This document shows, piece after piece, positions 62,621 to 64,000 of a DNA stretch of 64,000 bases. The position numbers and the translations under genes are program-made. The DNA is from Eledone cirrhosa (lineage: Eukaryota), in NCBI GenBank assembly GCA_964016885.1, contig OZ024740.1, positions 395,870,001-395,934,000 on the forward strand. The letters run 5' to 3'. The notes under the pieces were generated by a model. The model saw only the letters and a list, made by a program, of their open reading frames with translations, did not search any database and was not told where the DNA came from. Position 1 is the first letter of the stretch, and each line of letters starts with the position of its first letter.

Positions 62621-64000
62621 TCAATCGATTTCACTACTTAACTATTTATTTTGTTGCCTCTAGAAGGATGAAAGGCAAAACTGACTTCAGCAGGATTTGA
62701 ACTTAGACCATAAAGAGCTGGAAATACTTCAAAATGTCTAGCATTCTAAAAGTTCTGCTAATCCATTGTGGCTTATTACATTATATGAGGTATGCATAGT
62801 TGATTGAATTTAAAAGCCTAGTAGATATTTTATGATCTTGGATGAATGAATGTCAAAATAAACTAGTGGGATTTGGGGTTTAAAATGGGAGGAAAAGAAG
62901 GAGTGGGGCTTGACAAGGCATTTTGTCTGGTATTCTACAGTTTTGCCATTAATAAAAGAAATCCAATAATTGCATTGTTTATGAACTAAATTTAAGTCTT
63001 GATGAATATCTGCGTGTTGCATCTTAAAATCTATATTATTATTATTGCATTCAAATGTAATATTTCAGGTATTTAACCTCAACTAATTCTTTTTTATCAG
63101 TAAAAAAAAAAAAGCATGAATAATAGGATATTTTCCCATTACCATAATCATCTTTTGTTTCTTGAAATGAACACATGAAAAGATATGGCTCACTTTCAAA
63201 TTTCAGTAATAAACAGATTACTGACAAAAAAATAAAAGAACTTATCAAAATAATTATTGCAATCAAAAATATAATTATTATCATCAAAATAATTCATTAT
63301 TAATGCCACTAATTTATTTGCACTACACAACCACACCAAATTTTTCTAAATTTTAAATTCACAGCCAAGCAATATTTCATCACATCGGGAATCAGAATGA
63401 GGTATACAATACAGTGATTACTGAAACAAAAAAAAAGTTTATAAAGAAATGAGATGAATGGAGGAAGGAAAGAGCATCAGCAGTAGAAAATGAATTTGTT
63501 TGTAAAAACTAGAACATATTCAGAAGGAACACCTCAGTGTAGCAAAATAAGCACTATGATAAGTATTAGCAGTCATCATATTTTGATTTAACCAATTATT
63601 CACACCACTTATGTTAAACAATACTGCCACTGCACACACACTCACATACATACAAAACTTTCTACATACCATCTTACTTAAAATATTTGCTATCTGAAGA
63701 TTGCATAAACTAACTTCATTTAAATGAGCCTCTCCTATAATAAACCTTCCCAGTTACAAATTCAATGTTTTCTCTTTCATTTCTTTTAAAAATCATTTGC
63801 TTTATTCCATATAAAACACATATACACACACTTTAAAATATAAGTTTAAAGTGATTTTTTTTTTGCACTTCAGGCTGACCCTTAATATCTATCTTATTTT
63901 CAAATTTGAACTGACTGATAATAAGTCACAAATTCAAAACAAGTCATACACTGTATGACAAAAGCTTCTGAGCATTATATTAAACAAAGCCAGATACTGG

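Noticed and set aside
63051-63287. Possible exon of a third gene
   Set aside because: No recognisable motif or convincing splice-site pair.

Overview
AT-rich eukaryotic genomic DNA, most likely a coleoid cephalopod such as Octopus (inferred from the SINE and RTE repeat families, not verified). It holds two divergently transcribed multi-exon genes that the ORF track misses. The first is the 5' part of RAB3GAP1 (minus strand, 12 exons from 32205 to 1432, continuing off the left edge). The second is a complete GNPTG-like gene (plus strand, 10 coding exons, 37974-58286, about 310 aa). Introns and intergenic DNA are full of retroelements: several RTE-clade LINEs, CR1-like LINEs, CRE-like remnants, tRNA-derived SINEs, a Tc1/mariner relic and piggyBac-type MITEs. 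The most notable observations are: (1) a C4HC3 PHD finger inserted inside the reverse transcriptase of two RTE families; (2) an H-type RNA pseudoknot module with compensatory base changes, shared by LINE 5' UTRs, LINE 3' UTRs and a SINE; (3) a G_GGA_AAC -1 frameshift signal linking ORF1 to an ATG-less ORF2 in a CR1 element; (4) a tandem ~140-bp monomer array at the 5' end of an RTE element flanked by (TA)n; (5) kb-scale inverted LINE pairs and near-perfect hairpins in both pre-mRNAs, which are candidate ADAR or circRNA substrates. All family assignments come from motif recognition only; no database searches were run.
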